From: an uncultured Gammaproteobacteria bacterium
GTDB lineage: Bacteria > Patescibacteriota > Patescibacteriia > UBA1558 > 2-01-FULL-52-15
Reading direction: 5' to 3'
Length of the DNA stretch: 64,000 bases
Assembly (NCBI GenBank): GCA_964402565.1
Contig: CAYOCJ010000001.1
Location: forward strand, 96,079 to 160,078
The position numbers and the translations under genes were made by a program. The first letter of the stretch is position 1; each line of letters opens with the position of its first letter. Below the pieces are notes generated by a model. It had not been told where the DNA came from. It saw only the letters and a program-made list of their open reading frames with translations, and ran no database searches. Below are positions 26,243-36,485 of this stretch, piece after piece.

Positions 26243-26692
26243 TTATCGGTAGAGGCTGACATAAATGACCATGTGGTTTGATGTGTCGTTGATCGTGAAT
26301 TCCTCGAGCTCGACTTCCATTGCGTGAACGCTCTTGATGATGCTTTTGAGCGACGGTGCTTCCGGATGGATAGGGTGAATGAATTGGGCAAAGATCTCGG
26401 CGACCGTTGGCTCGGGCGATTTGCAGTAGATGAGGAGCGTGGTGATGATCGGCACGCTGATCAGGAGCTCGAGCGATTCTGCACGCGACGTGAGCTTTGG
26501 GTTGCGGGTGAATGGGGTTTCCCGCAAGTTGATCTGTGACTCATCGATGAACCACAGGCATCCGTCAGGTCCTCTGACCACGGGGCGAATCCTTCTCCAC
26601 AGAGCGTCGAGCGAGCTTGATTGGATCTCAGGGATTTTCGACACGAATGATCCCTCCTTATATAGAAAGGGCGCTATTGTATACGTTTCCAT
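26243..26692 (-). CDS. hypothetical protein
   Basis: 149-aa ORF filling the intergenic space; no motif recognised. Confidence 0.5.
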   Translation of the reverse strand: METYTIAPFLYKEGSFVSKIPEIQSSSLDALWRRIRPVVRGPDGCLWFIDESQINLRETPFTRNPKLTSRAESLELLISVPIITTLLIYCKSPEPTVAEIFAQFIHPIHPEAPSLKSIIKSVHAMEVELEEFTINDTSNHMVIYVSLYR

Positions 26693-26779
26693 TCAAGCAC
26701 AGGGCCAATATTAGCGCAATATGGATTTCGTATACGGTCAGTGCTATACTAGAGTCGTCTTATTTTTAAGAAAAAAAGT

Positions 26780-27004
26780 ATGGAAAACCTAGGTCCTATG
26801 GAGTTGTGGGCGATTTTAATCGCCATTTGGAGTCTCCCGTGGAAAGGAGTAGCGCTCTGGAAATCAGCCCGGGCTGAAGACAAGTATTGGTTCATCGCGT
26901 TGCTATTGATAAACTCGATCGGCATTTTGGATATTGTCTATATCTTCTTTTTTGCACCAAACCCTCAGCTGAAGAAAGGTTTTCACTGGCCTTGGAAGAA
27001 GTAA
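26780..27004 (+). CDS. small membrane protein (DUF5652-like)
   Basis: WSLPWKGVALWKSAR...WFI...N..GIL.I.Y pattern. Confidence 0.75.
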   Translation: MENLGPMELWAILIAIWSLPWKGVALWKSARAEDKYWFIALLLINSIGILDIVYIFFFAPNPQLKKGFHWPWKK

Positions 27005-27022
27005 TAGGGCCGCAGTCTCATC

Positions 27023-27748
27023 ATGAATAACGCTGTTACATTTCCTGCCATTGTCGCGCACCGTGGTTTCTGGATGCAATACCCGGAAAACACGGTGCCT
27101 GCATTTATCGAAGCCAAGCGCATCGGCGCTGACATGGTCGAATTGGATGTGCATGAGACCAAGGACGGTGAGTTTATAGTTTTTCATGACGCGGCGTATT
27201 CGCTTACCACTCCGCGATGGAGCCGGCTTACCTATGCTGAGATCCGGGATATGGTCGGCGACATTATGGCGCCGAGGCTTACCGACTGTGTCGCAGCAAT
27301 ACCAGGCCTCCCGATCAATATTAGTTTGAAGCGCATCAAACATCCTTCGAGTCTTGCGAAACTGCTGCAGACAATGCGTTTCGCAGAGGGAACCTTTATT
27401 TCCAGCCCGCAGTATTTTGACCTTCGCTCGCTGAATCGACTGAAGGTTGGTTTTCCTCTGTTCCTCATTCTGTCATGGCCGCCGCAGGCAAGTGCGAAGC
27501 TGTATGTTCAAATTACTTCAGCGTTGCGCGTTTTGCGATTTTTACCGACATTTTTATCCGGCGTTTCAATACAGCATCGTTTAATTTCAAAACGGCTGAT
27601 CGAACTATTGCATGAGAGAAAACTTAAGGTGCATGCATGGACTGTCAATAATCCAAAAAAAATGCAAAAATTGGTGGAGTACGGCATCGACGGCATCATC
27701 ACCAACCGGCCAGACATTTTGATGGATCTGAAACACACTATCGGATAA
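27023..27748 (+). CDS. glycerophosphodiester phosphodiesterase family protein
   Basis: AHRG, PENT, ELDV, HD, WTVN, GIITNRP. Confidence 0.9.
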   Translation: MNNAVTFPAIVAHRGFWMQYPENTVPAFIEAKRIGADMVELDVHETKDGEFIVFHDAAYSLTTPRWSRLTYAEIRDMVGDIMAPRLTDCVAAIPGLPINISLKRIKHPSSLAKLLQTMRFAEGTFISSPQYFDLRSLNRLKVGFPLFLILSWPPQASAKLYVQITSALRVLRFLPTFLSGVSIQHRLISKRLIELLHERKLKVHAWTVNNPKKMQKLVEYGIDGIITNRPDILMDLKHTIG

Positions 27749-27752
27749 CGCT

Positions 27753-29411
27753 ATGAAGAGATTCGGAACTTTTGTGCTTGCAGGCATTTTTGTTTTTATT
27801 GTATTTTTAGTTTTTCCTGTATCGCATCACGGCGGCTTTGTTTCGGATGATTGGGATTGGCTCATGACTGCTTCCCAGAATACGGGCTTGTCGTCAATAT
27901 TTTTTTTGAATACGGTCGGCCAAATGTCAGGCGGGTCATATAATCCGATCAGCTCGCTCTGGATATATGTATTGTACAAAAATTTCGGCCTGAATCCGAT
28001 TCCGTATCATTATGCCAGCCTGTTGCTCCATGCATTCAATGCGTTGCTCCTTGCTCGGCTTACTGGTCTTATTCTTGATACCTTCTTCGCCCGAAAATCC
28101 AGATCGATACCGGTCGCGATCGGAACCCTCTTTCTGTTATGGCCAACGCATGTAGAAGCGGTGCAATGGATAGCCGCAGTGCCGCATTTGCTCTCGACAT
28201 GCTTCATGCTCCTGGCACTGATGACCTATATTTCGAGACGTTCGCGAGTAGTACGGCGCGGTACCTGGCTGGTAGTGCTATACAGCCTCTGCGCCTTTCT
28301 GAGCAAAGAAACCGCGCTTTCGCTTCCCATAATCCTATGTGTATTTGAATCCTGGTATCAGCGCGTGCATCTTAAAAAAATGTCGTTGAGCGGGTTTCTG
28401 ACCAGCATCGTTGTCGCATTGACTGCTGTCGGATGTTTAGCATTGCGTTTTTTCGTGACCGGACTTGTTTTCAGTACCTATGCTGCGCCCCTGGCACTGC
28501 GCCCCTGGCAATGGGCCAACACTTTTTTTACCTGTTTTGAAGAGTTTTTTACGATGGGCACGCTCAGAACTGAGTGGATGTGGTGGTTCTGGGCAAACCC
28601 CGTTGTTCTTACTGTAGCAGGCGCTGCCTTGATGCTTTTTATTATATGGCTCGTGTATCGGTCGCATAATATAACCTTGCAAAGCGCCAGCCTCATTCTT
28701 TTTGCCTCGCTTGCACCTTTTTTGGCTCTGGGTTTTAACCGTTTGTCGTCAGAGGGCGAGCGGTATACGTACCTGCCTTCAGTATTTTTTCTGATGCTGA
28801 TGGGCATTGCAGCGAGCGAGTTTATGAAACGCTTCGGTCGGCTGATTTTTATACTGCTGCTCATCGCAGCATTACCGATCCTAAGCCAAAAAAATGAAGC
28901 TTGGCTTCATGCATTTCAGGCAGCCGATATGATCGTCGCGCAAGCTGCGCAGTTGCCGCACATGCGGGACGCAAATCATCTTTTTGTATTTGTGGGTCTT
29001 CCGGATACGCTGAGCGGAGCGCAGGTGTTCCGCAATAATTTCAATCAGGCGCTCTCAATGACCGCGCCCGGACTTGCCGCCAAAGTAGCAGCGCTTCCGG
29101 TATACACGCAATATGAAATCTCTGACGAGCAAACTGCTTTGCTCGCATGGACCTATGATGAGAGAGGATTATATGCGAGGAATCGCGACCATAGGCTTGT
29201 GGTAACCGGCGCTGACCGGAAGGTGACGGAGCTTTTGACCTATGAACTCTGGGGCTATGACTATAATTTTTTTAGCAGCGATATGATCCGGTTATTGTAC
29301 GGTCACGAATTGAAAAATGCCGTTGCACAAGGCTCCGCGTCGATCATTTCCTGGCAGGACGGGGTATTGCAAGACGTGACGCATACAATGCCAGAGCCAA
29401 CTGCATTGTGA
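27753..29411 (+). CDS. polytopic membrane protein, GT-C-like glycosyltransferase
   Basis: SDD loop, Y.P, HVEAV.W, SKE, ERY.YLP motifs and many TM helices. Confidence 0.7.
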   Translation: MKRFGTFVLAGIFVFIVFLVFPVSHHGGFVSDDWDWLMTASQNTGLSSIFFLNTVGQMSGGSYNPISSLWIYVLYKNFGLNPIPYHYASLLLHAFNALLLARLTGLILDTFFARKSRSIPVAIGTLFLLWPTHVEAVQWIAAVPHLLSTCFMLLALMTYISRRSRVVRRGTWLVVLYSLCAFLSKETALSLPIILCVFESWYQRVHLKKMSLSGFLTSIVVALTAVGCLALRFFVTGLVFSTYAAPLALRPWQWANTFFTCFEEFFTMGTLRTEWMWWFWANPVVLTVAGAALMLFIIWLVYRSHNITLQSASLILFASLAPFLALGFNRLSSEGERYTYLPSVFFLMLMGIAASEFMKRFGRLIFILLLIAALPILSQKNEAWLHAFQAADMIVAQAAQLPHMRDANHLFVFVGLPDTLSGAQVFRNNFNQALSMTAPGLAAKVAALPVYTQYEISDEQTALLAWTYDERGLYARNRDHRLVVTGADRKVTELLTYELWGYDYNFFSSDMIRLLYGHELKNAVAQGSASIISWQDGVLQDVTHTMPEPTAL

Positions 29412-29441
29412 GTCGCCTATCAATCGGTTATACTGCATAGT

Positions 29442-30821
29442 ATGGATGAAGAAGAGCAGCCTATAAACCCAAATGCATCCCAAGGGCCGGCAAATCCTGA
29501 CCGCATGGCGCAAGAAGCTCGTATACGGATGGCGCTCCAGCGCAGGCTATCTCTCGGCGATGAGGCAACCTTGCTTTCCGAAAAAACGGCCCATCCCCGG
29601 CGGCGCCATCGAATTAGAAATCTCCTTGTTTTCATTTTGATTATTTTCGGAGGCGGCGCATTGATCATGCTCGGCCTGAATAAGATCGTGATACCGAAAT
29701 TGCTGGACAAGCTACCCGGGCTTCTGCATTCGCCATACCAGGAACTACCCAGCTATAAGCGGACCGTAAAAGGAATTGTTGATTATTATCCGCCGATCGA
29801 TGCGAATCAGAAGCATGTAGGCATTTCTGAATTTGATCATGGAGCTTCATTTACTCTGGTCTCAAGCGCTACGGTGATCCCGCATTCAGGGCTCGAAGGC
29901 GTCTTCAGGCTTGATTTTGAAAAAACAAAAACGGCTACTGCCGAAAGCGATATCGATGTGGGCTATAAGGTCCTCTTTCCGAAGACGAAGGATTCGAAAG
30001 ATGTCGGCATCTATTTCTTTTTTAATCATTGGCCCGCGTTCCTGCAGGCTATCGGTCTGAACGGCGAAAGCCGCGGCCAATGGTTCGGATATGATTCGAG
30101 CGATCCTGCGGTATCGAAGGAAGGGTTCAATGAGTTGATCAGCTTCCTGAACCCGGAGACCAACCGCGCAGAGACACAGAGCTTCATCGATGCGCTATGG
30201 CAATATGCCTCCCGGCATGACGCGGTACAATGGAAAGTCGAACACCTGGTGCGCAGTCTGACGGACGGCACGCAGGTTACTGATATTCGCGTTGCGATCA
30301 AACCTGAACAGTTCGTTTCTATGTTGGGTTCATTTGTGACTGATCCCATCTATACCGGTGACGTAAAAAAGATCGGCGAAGCAAAGATAGCAGGAACGAA
30401 CGTCATGGGACTCCTGGGTTCATTGCGGTCTTTAAATGGTTTAATAACGATCGGCATTCGGGACCGTTTCATGCATGAAGCCAGCTGGAACTTCGATTTG
30501 AATGATAAGTCAGCCGGAACTTATCGCGGTACTATTTCCTCGACATTAGATCTGATCGAGTCGAAAAAAGAGATCGCGAAACCTGAAGAATCGAAAAGCG
30601 CTGTCGACATATTAAATTTATTTGCGGTGGACGATGGTACGACAGTATCGACGACCACGCCTGCAGCCATTGATTCAGACGGTGACGGGCTGAGCGACGC
30701 GGACGAGGCAAAATATCATACAGATCCGCTTGTGACAGATACTGATAAAGACGGTTTTACTGACGGGGATGAAGTCCGCCGGGGGTTTAATCCGCTGGGA
30801 CCCGGAAAGTTGAAAAAATAA
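29442..30821 (+). CDS. membrane-anchored protein with C-terminal TSP3-like Ca-binding repeat
   Basis: Single TM helix; DSDGDGLSD.DE...TDP...DTDKDGFTDGDEV..GFNP. Confidence 0.75.
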   Translation: MDEEEQPINPNASQGPANPDRMAQEARIRMALQRRLSLGDEATLLSEKTAHPRRRHRIRNLLVFILIIFGGGALIMLGLNKIVIPKLLDKLPGLLHSPYQELPSYKRTVKGIVDYYPPIDANQKHVGISEFDHGASFTLVSSATVIPHSGLEGVFRLDFEKTKTATAESDIDVGYKVLFPKTKDSKDVGIYFFFNHWPAFLQAIGLNGESRGQWFGYDSSDPAVSKEGFNELISFLNPETNRAETQSFIDALWQYASRHDAVQWKVEHLVRSLTDGTQVTDIRVAIKPEQFVSMLGSFVTDPIYTGDVKKIGEAKIAGTNVMGLLGSLRSLNGLITIGIRDRFMHEASWNFDLNDKSAGTYRGTISSTLDLIESKKEIAKPEESKSAVDILNLFAVDDGTTVSTTTPAAIDSDGDGLSDADEAKYHTDPLVTDTDKDGFTDGDEVRRGFNPLGPGKLKK

Positions 30822-30826
30822 ACCAG

Positions 30827-31360
30827 TTACGTTCGATAGACGTAGAGATTACGCCACTGTTCATGGAATTCGATGAGCGGTTTTTTGTTCGCGAATGAAA
30901 AATTATATGACACGACGTAACTTCCCGGACGCGCCTCGCGCTCGATCTTCGGGGCGAGTGTATCCTGAAAAGGCCCGGTCGATAGACCATAGACAAAAAT
31001 AATATCGAAATCCTTCAATGACTGTGTATAGAGATCCTTGAATGCAATATGAACAGGCTTTTTAAAATATTTGAGCTGCCGGATCTTTGCAATGATATAC
31101 GGCAGGATCGAGTATTCATATCCGGTCGCATCGAGCCCATATCGGCGATGCGCAAAGAAAACGATGCGTCCGTCGCCGCAACCCAAGTCCACGAAGCGCA
31201 TGCCTTCTTTCGGCTGGATTTCATCCAGTGCTTTTGCGACCATCGCAGTCTTACTGGGAATCCATGGCGCAAGCGACCGGCCTGCGAAGATCAGCGAATA
31301 GATAATGACACTCGCGATGATGAGAAACATAATACTGATCGCGAGTGTCAGCACATTCAT
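30827..31360 (-). CDS. class I SAM-dependent methyltransferase
   Basis: APWIPS, VDLGCGDGR, GYE, VVSYNF. Confidence 0.85.
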   Translation of the reverse strand: MNVLTLAISIMFLIIASVIIYSLIFAGRSLAPWIPSKTAMVAKALDEIQPKEGMRFVDLGCGDGRIVFFAHRRYGLDATGYEYSILPYIIAKIRQLKYFKKPVHIAFKDLYTQSLKDFDIIFVYGLSTGPFQDTLAPKIEREARPGSYVVSYNFSFANKKPLIEFHEQWRNLYVYRT

Positions 31361-31364
31361 AATG

Positions 31365-32756
31365 CTATCGGATATAATTCAGAGGATTGGTGACGCGGCC
31401 ATTGATACGTACTTCGAAGTGCAGGTGCGGGCCTGTCGATCTGCCGGTTGATCCTATCATGCCGATCTGCTGGCCGCGTGCAACTGTGTCGCCGGCCTTG
31501 ACCAAAATTTTCGATTGATGGCCATAGAGCGTTTGTATGCCATTGCCGTGATTGATAATGACATAGTTTCCATAGCCGCCATTATTCCATCCGGCGCGCT
31601 CTACTCTGCCATTTTCAGCTGCATAGATCGGATTGCCGATCTTGTCGCCGATATCGACGCCCGTGTGGCGCAATTTGAAGTATTGCGTGATGCGTCTGCT
31701 TAAAACCGGCCATAAGAATTTGCCGCCAAGCTCCTGTGAAATGCCGGCCTGTCCCGGTACCAGGATGTCCTGGATGATGCTGCCTAGACTTTGCTGCTGC
31801 CGGGGACGAGGTATGACGGTGGTCGGGTTAATGCCATTGGGAATGATCAGCACTTCGCCCACTTGAATATCAGCTGCGCTGGCCAACTTATTTCCCTCGA
31901 TGATTGTTGCCGGGTCAACTTGGTATTTCTTTGCAATTTGAGTCACCGTTTCTCCATTTTTCACTGTATGCGAAACGCCGCTGGTGGGCAGGATCGTTAT
32001 GCTTTGGCCTGGTTTGATGGTGCTTGATCCGGTCAGGCCATTTGCCCAAAGGATCGTGTTGATGCTCAGGTCAAACTTCTGTGCAATGGTGCCGATAGTG
32101 TCGCCCGCTTGTACGACATAGGTTTCAATCTTGGACCTGTTGGTGCCTGAAGTACCATGCGTATCAGTGATGACCGGCGCTATGATGGGCTGGTCATCCT
32201 CAGGGCTGTACATGATGTCATCATCAGTATCAGGCGCCGGCGCCTCGAGAGGATTGTCACTCATGACCGTATCAGTATCCAGATAGCTGACCTTGGTTGC
32301 TTGGTTCGCTTCATTGAGCGGCCCTTCCTGGATGAGCTGTACGGCTGTTTCATCGTTCTCGCTGGAGATGGTATTCAGCGGTATTTGCGAAGAAAGCTCT
32401 TCTGCATTCAAGGAAGTGGCCCATAGATTATGCGCCAGTGTGAGGAGCACGATGATGACCAAAGTTGCTTTATAGAGATAGCGATTGAGCCATGACAAGA
32501 TAGTGTGATTGCTTGATTGTGCGAGCGATTTTATTTTGCGCTGCAATTTGAGAACCAGGAAATATGAATTGAGTATCGTACCGAGAAAAATTTTTTTTAT
32601 GGTCTTGCGGGCCAGGCGATAAAGCGGCCATATGCCGCGCCTGAACAATTTTCCTATCGATACGAAAGCGTCGATCACGAGTATGATCGACTTCAATGCG
32701 ATGCGTCGAATTGTGAGATTCAGCTTGCGAATACAACTGTGGTTAGGACCAGTCAT
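31365..32756 (-). CDS. LysM-repeat M23 peptidase
   Basis: Two LysM domains (YVVQAGDTIGTIA, HTVKNGET), HTGVD, YGH, STGPHLHFE. Start uncertain. Confidence 0.9.
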   Translation of the reverse strand: MTGPNHSCIRKLNLTIRRIALKSIILVIDAFVSIGKLFRRGIWPLYRLARKTIKKIFLGTILNSYFLVLKLQRKIKSLAQSSNHTILSWLNRYLYKATLVIIVLLTLAHNLWATSLNAEELSSQIPLNTISSENDETAVQLIQEGPLNEANQATKVSYLDTDTVMSDNPLEAPAPDTDDDIMYSPEDDQPIIAPVITDTHGTSGTNRSKIETYVVQAGDTIGTIAQKFDLSINTILWANGLTGSSTIKPGQSITILPTSGVSHTVKNGETVTQIAKKYQVDPATIIEGNKLASAADIQVGEVLIIPNGINPTTVIPRPRQQQSLGSIIQDILVPGQAGISQELGGKFLWPVLSRRITQYFKLRHTGVDIGDKIGNPIYAAENGRVERAGWNNGGYGNYVIINHGNGIQTLYGHQSKILVKAGDTVARGQQIGMIGSTGRSTGPHLHFEVRINGRVTNPLNYIR

Positions 32757-32831
32757 ATATACCACAGAAAGTGCATTATGTAAATATCTAATGCGTTGAT
32801 TTTTATCATATGCTTTGTTAGAGTAAGGCCT

Positions 32832-35800
32832 ATGCCTGATACGCACTATCAACCAGAACGCTTCGAGAAACATTGGCAGGATGCTTGGGAGAAAGAAGGC
32901 ATTTATCATGCCAAAGATTTTGATGCTCGAGAAAAAAGATATATTTTGGTCGAATATCCCTATCCGTCAGGCGAGGGTCTGCATGTCGGGCACTGTTTGT
33001 CGTATATAGCACAGGACATCGTATCGCGGTACTTGCGCATGAAAGGATATAATGTGCTGTACCCGATCGGCTGGGATGCATTCGGCTTGCCTGCAGAGAA
33101 TTTTGCGATCAAACATAAGATCAAACCGCAAGAAGCGACAAAACGGAACACTGAAAATTATAAGCGGCAGATACAATCGCTCGGGATTTCTTTTGACTGG
33201 TCCCGCGAGCTGAATACGACGGATCCGGCCTACTATAAATGGACTCAATGGATTTTTTTGCAATTATTTAAAGCTGGCCTTGCGGAAAAGAAAGAAGTGC
33301 CGATCAACTGGTGCCCGAAAGACAAGATTGGTTTGGCTTTTGAGGAAGTCGTTAATGGCTGCTGTGAACGTTGTGGTACTCCGGTTGAACGAAGAAATAT
33401 CAAGCAATGGATTTTGAAAATCACGAAATACGCAGACCGGCTGATCGATGACCTGAAGACCGTCAATTTTTTGCCTGCGATAGCGCAGCAGCAGATCAAC
33501 TGGATTGGCAGAAGCGAAGGTGCTGAAATTGATTTTCCTATCTCCTCGCCAGCCGTGACCGAAGTAGTGTTTGCCTCAAATAATAAAGGGAAGGTAGAGC
33601 GCATGAAAAGGCTCTTCAAGGTCGCCGGCCTTGCGGTGAAACTGAGAACGCCAGAGGACATAGGCGTCAAAGATTTCGACGTGGTCGAAGATGCAGGAAC
33701 TCTTGCGGATAATGCTTTAAAGAAAGCTACCGCCTTAGCAAAGCACACCAAGCTGCCGGTACTCGCCGACGATACTGGTTTTTTTGTACAGGGAGCGAAG
33801 ATCGATCCAGTCATGGTCAAACGCAATGCGCTTGACGGAGAAGATGAAAAAAAATTGACGATCGAACAGATCGCCGCGAAGATGCAGGCATATTATCAGG
33901 ATATCGCTGATCACGCAGGTGGTAGAGTCGATGCTGAATGGCGCAATGCGCTGTGCCTGGTAGTCCATGGGGAGAAGCCTCGCATCATCGAAGCGCTGCG
34001 TCCTGTGATCCTCACAAATGAATCGCATGGCACAGTAGACCCGCATCTTCCGCTACGAGGTTTATATATTTCTAAAGCAACGAATAAATACGCCCTGGAA
34101 CAAACAGACGATGAAGAATTACAGGAGCTCGCGCCTATAACGGAAGGGCTCAGACAGATCATCGCTCCTTCGCTCAAGGTGTTCACGACAAGACCAGACA
34201 CCTTATTCGGCGCTACCTATATGGTGCTTTCGCCGGAACATGAGTTTATCGAAAGAAATAAGGATTCGATTAAGAACTTCAAAGAAGTTTTCAAGTATAT
34301 TTCTGTTGCTAAAAATAAATCAGAACGCGAGCGTCAGGAACATAGAGAGAAAACAGGTGTTGAGTTGAAAGGCATCAAGGCAATCAATCCAGCAAATAAA
34401 GAAGAAATTCCAATTTGGGTCGCTGATTATGTACTTTCTGGTTATGGAACCGGTGCTATTATGGCTGTTCCTGCGCATGATGAAAGAGATTTTGAATTTG
34501 CGAAGAAATTTGATTTGCCGATTGTTGATGTGATAAAAGGTGACAATGAATTACATGGAATGATACTCGATGGAGTTTTAATTAATTCTGAACAATTTAA
34601 TGGACTTGAAATCGATGAAGCAAGAAAAAAAATCACTGCATTCGTCGGCGGAGAAATGAAAGTACAATATAAACTCCGCGATTGGATTTTTTCACGCCAG
34701 CATTATTGGGGGGAGCCGATCCCGATCATTCATTGTGATCGATGCGGCGCTGTGCCGGTTCCGGAAAAGAATCTTCCGGTAACACTGCCAGATGTTGAAT
34801 TCTATGAGCCCACTGACACGGGCGAATCGCCATTAGCAAAGATAACTGACTGGGTGAATGTGCAATGCCCATCGTGTCATGGCCCTGCGAAGCGTGAAAC
34901 CGATACCATGCCAACCTGGGCCGGCAGCTCATGGTATTTTTTACGCTATACTGATCCGCATAATGACAAAGCATTTGCAGATAAGAAAAAAATAGGTTAT
35001 TGGCTGCCTATAGATCTCTATAATGGAGGAGCTGAGCATACCACCTTGCACCTACTGTATTCCCGGTTTTGGTACAAGTTTCTCTATGATCAAGGGTATG
35101 TGCCTACTCCCGAACCATATCAGGTTCGCGTTCAGCATGGCATGATATTGGCGCCAGATGGGCAGAAAATGTCCAAGTCGCGGGGGAATGTGATCAATCC
35201 TGATGAGATCGTCTCGGAGTATGGTGCGGATATTTTCAGGCTCTATATGATGTTCATGGGCGAATATGACCAGTATAAAAGCTGGAACGATAAAAATCTG
35301 CAAGGTGTTGCGCGCTTCATGCGGCGTTTCTGGGATTTTGTATCATCCGCGAACATAGGCGCATCAAGTGCAGCAGCTCGCACCGCTGTCCATCGGGCAA
35401 TTCGCGACGTTTCTGCAGATCTTGAACGCCGGTCATTCAATACTGCGGTTAGCAAATTGATGATCTGCCTGAATTCGCTTGAACAAGAAAAAGCACTGAG
35501 CACAGAGGACATGCAAGCACTGCTGAAAATTATTGCGCCATTTGCACCCCATATTTCAGAAGAGCTCTGGCATTCGAAGCTCTCCGAACAAGGAACCATG
35601 CATACTGCGTCCTGGCCTGTATACGACCCGAGCGTTATCAACGAAGAAGGGGTTACGCTTGGCATTCAGATCAATGGCAAGGTGCGAGCAGATATTCTCG
35701 TCACGCCTGACATGAGCGAGGCTGATGTGCGAACTGCGGTTTTAGCGCTGGAGTCGGTGCAAAAATACGTACCAAACCTCGGATCCATAAAAAAATTCAT

Positions 35801-35837
35801 CTATATTGAAAAAAAGATCATCAGTATTGTCGTATAG
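32832..35837 (+). CDS. leuS: leucyl-tRNA synthetase with inserted Ham1-like domain
   Basis: YPYPSGEGLHVGH, GWDAFGLPAEN, FTTRPDT, GTGAIMAVPAHD, KMSKS. About 200-aa insertion after WIGRSEG. Confidence 0.95.
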   Translation: MPDTHYQPERFEKHWQDAWEKEGIYHAKDFDAREKRYILVEYPYPSGEGLHVGHCLSYIAQDIVSRYLRMKGYNVLYPIGWDAFGLPAENFAIKHKIKPQEATKRNTENYKRQIQSLGISFDWSRELNTTDPAYYKWTQWIFLQLFKAGLAEKKEVPINWCPKDKIGLAFEEVVNGCCERCGTPVERRNIKQWILKITKYADRLIDDLKTVNFLPAIAQQQINWIGRSEGAEIDFPISSPAVTEVVFASNNKGKVERMKRLFKVAGLAVKLRTPEDIGVKDFDVVEDAGTLADNALKKATALAKHTKLPVLADDTGFFVQGAKIDPVMVKRNALDGEDEKKLTIEQIAAKMQAYYQDIADHAGGRVDAEWRNALCLVVHGEKPRIIEALRPVILTNESHGTVDPHLPLRGLYISKATNKYALEQTDDEELQELAPITEGLRQIIAPSLKVFTTRPDTLFGATYMVLSPEHEFIERNKDSIKNFKEVFKYISVAKNKSERERQEHREKTGVELKGIKAINPANKEEIPIWVADYVLSGYGTGAIMAVPAHDERDFEFAKKFDLPIVDVIKGDNELHGMILDGVLINSEQFNGLEIDEARKKITAFVGGEMKVQYKLRDWIFSRQHYWGEPIPIIHCDRCGAVPVPEKNLPVTLPDVEFYEPTDTGESPLAKITDWVNVQCPSCHGPAKRETDTMPTWAGSSWYFLRYTDPHNDKAFADKKKIGYWLPIDLYNGGAEHTTLHLLYSRFWYKFLYDQGYVPTPEPYQVRVQHGMILAPDGQKMSKSRGNVINPDEIVSEYGADIFRLYMMFMGEYDQYKSWNDKNLQGVARFMRRFWDFVSSANIGASSAAARTAVHRAIRDVSADLERRSFNTAVSKLMICLNSLEQEKALSTEDMQALLKIIAPFAPHISEELWHSKLSEQGTMHTASWPVYDPSVINEEGVTLGIQINGKVRADILVTPDMSEADVRTAVLALESVQKYVPNLGSIKKFIYIEKKIISIVV

Positions 35838-35870
35838 AATGCTGCACGACTATCGTGTATACTGTAAAGC

Positions 35871-36485
35871 ATGAAGATCTTGCCGTATACACAAGAAAAT
35901 AAAGCCTCGATTCTTGCCGAAGCGCTGGTCGTATTATTGTCGGGCGGCACGATCGTCTATCCTACAGAAACGGCGTATGGTCTCGGCGCTGATTTTTTTT
36001 CGCCGAAAGCATACCGTTCGATCTTTTCGATTAAGAATCGCCACGCCGGAAAAGCATTACCGGTCATCGTGCCTGATATGCGCTATGCGACGACGCTTGT
36101 GGAGTTCGAGCCGCCGGCTTCGAAGCTCGCAGCACAGTATTGGCCGGGGCCTCTTACCTTGGTGCTACCTTTCCGCTATAGCAGACAATATGAATATCAT
36201 GCAGACCCGTATCTGGCGCTTCGCGTCAGCTCGAACCATTTTGCCGCGAGCCTGTCCCAGGCATTTGGCAAACCGTTGATAGCAACGTCGGCGAATACGA
36301 GTGGCAAGGCGGCTACCTATAGCGTGGATGAAATCATTCGGCAATTCGAAAAAAGCCGCATGCAGCCTGACCTCATTATTGATGCAGGTGAGTTGCCGAA
36401 AGTAATGCCGTCGACTATCGTGAAAGTAGACCGCAACGGCGTCGAAGTCATCCGTGAAGGAGCTATTCAACTCAAGACATTTTAG
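35871..36485 (+). CDS. tsaC: L-threonylcarbamoyladenylate synthase (TsaC/Sua5)
   Basis: PTETAYGL, K.R, WPGPLT, TSAN.SG, PSTIV. Confidence 0.92.
   Translation: MKILPYTQENKASILAEALVVLLSGGTIVYPTETAYGLGADFFSPKAYRSIFSIKNRHAGKALPVIVPDMRYATTLVEFEPPASKLAAQYWPGPLTLVLPFRYSRQYEYHADPYLALRVSSNHFAASLSQAFGKPLIATSANTSGKAATYSVDEIIRQFEKSRMQPDLIIDAGELPKVMPSTIVKVDRNGVEVIREGAIQLKTF

Noticed and set aside
32757-32909. Head-to-head overlap of the LysM-M23 gene and leuS
   Set aside because: Artefact of longest-ORF calling. Plausible starts (32756 or later, and 32832) leave a divergent promoter gap.
33545-34170. Intein or intron in leuS
   Set aside because: The insert is in frame, lacks a C-terminal HN splice motif and LAGLIDADG motifs, and carries Ham1-like motifs instead.
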